Shown: in pieces, positions 46,300-46,856 of the stretch
Layout: every line of letters starts with the position of its first letter
Numbering within the stretch: the stretch's first letter is position 1
Source: Macrostomum lignano
Lineage: Eukaryota
Length of the DNA stretch: 46,856 bases
Assembly (NCBI GenBank): GCA_002269645.1
Contig: NIVC01002347.1
Coordinates: 1 to 46,856 of the forward strand
Direction: 5' to 3'
Notes under the pieces: model-generated
The model's database searches: none
What the model was told of the DNA's origin: nothing
What the model saw: only the letters and a program-made list of their open reading frames with translations
Program-made: the position numbers and the translations under genes

Positions 46300-46856
46300 T
46301 CTGTGTTTGAAATGGTGACTATTTTATGTTTGAATTGGTGGCTTTTTAATGTTCTATACATCGTGGCTCTTTAATGTTTGACATCTTGCCAGTTTTATGT
46401 CTGTCATGGTGGCTCCTTACTGTTAGAAACGGTGGCTCTTTAATGTTTGACATGGAGTCACATATATGTTTCACATGGTGGCTCTTCTATGTCTAACTTG
46501 GTAGCTCTTTATGTTTGGACATCGCTGGCTCGCTTAATGTTCTACATTGTGGCTCTTTAATGTTCTACATGGTGGCTCTTTAGTGTTTGACATGGTGGCT
46601 CTATAATGTTTGGCATGGAGTCACGTATATGTTTGACATGGTGGCTCTTTAGTGTTCGATATGGTGGCTCTTTAATGTTTGACATAGTGGCTCTTAATTT
46701 TTGACATGGTGGCTCTTTAATGTTTGACATGGAGTCACGTATGTGTTTGACATGGAGTCACTATTATGTTAGACATGGTGGCTCTTTAATGTTGACATGG
46801 TGGCCCTTTAATGTTCGACATCGGTGGCTCTTTATGTTCGAAATTGTGGCTCTTTA
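46300..46856. repeat. 23-bp satellite array of the second module, runs off the window end
   Basis: GACATGGTGGCTCTTTAATGTTT family. Confidence 0.92.

Larger units (their letters stand above)
39996..46856 (-). mobile_element. Non-autonomous Helitron-like element H3 (H1 subfamily), 5' end beyond the window
   Basis: The terminal CTAG|T plus CCCCCAACGGGGG hairpin is identical to H1, and the first ~160 bp is roughly 85-90% identical by eye. Same order of 18-mer array, spacer and 23-mer array. Confidence 0.8.

Noticed and set aside
21169-46856. Autonomous Helitron (RepHel) coding capacity
   Set aside because: No HUH endonuclease or PIF1 helicase motifs were seen in any non-repeat segment.

Overview
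Repeat-rich eukaryotic (invertebrate-like) genomic DNA with spliced genes. The style fits a flatworm such as Macrostomum, but this cannot be verified from the window. The first 13 kb holds the 3' end of an LDLa-domain gene (+), a 2-exon six-finger C2H2 zinc-finger gene (+), a 3-exon FOXRED2/ERFAD gene (-) and the first exon of an iGluR/ANF-receptor-like gene (+). It also carries a hAT MITE with an 8-bp TSD, nested hairpins and a VNTR. About two thirds of the window is tandem repeat: a 6.8-kb 16-bp array separates the receptor exons, and 21.2-46.9 kb is 18-, 23- and 24-bp arrays. Main result: the arrays from 21.2 kb onward are cargo of three minus-strand non-autonomous Helitron-like elements (5'-TC ... 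GC hairpin + CTAG-3', A|T flanks). They share one chassis (3' end, 18-mer array, spacer, large satellite, tRNA-like cassette, 5' end) but amplify different satellites, and two are fused head-to-tail. Nearly all long ORFs in the track beyond 13 kb are repeat translation artefacts. Array lengths and some junctions could be affected by assembly error. Identity values and unit counts are by-eye estimates.
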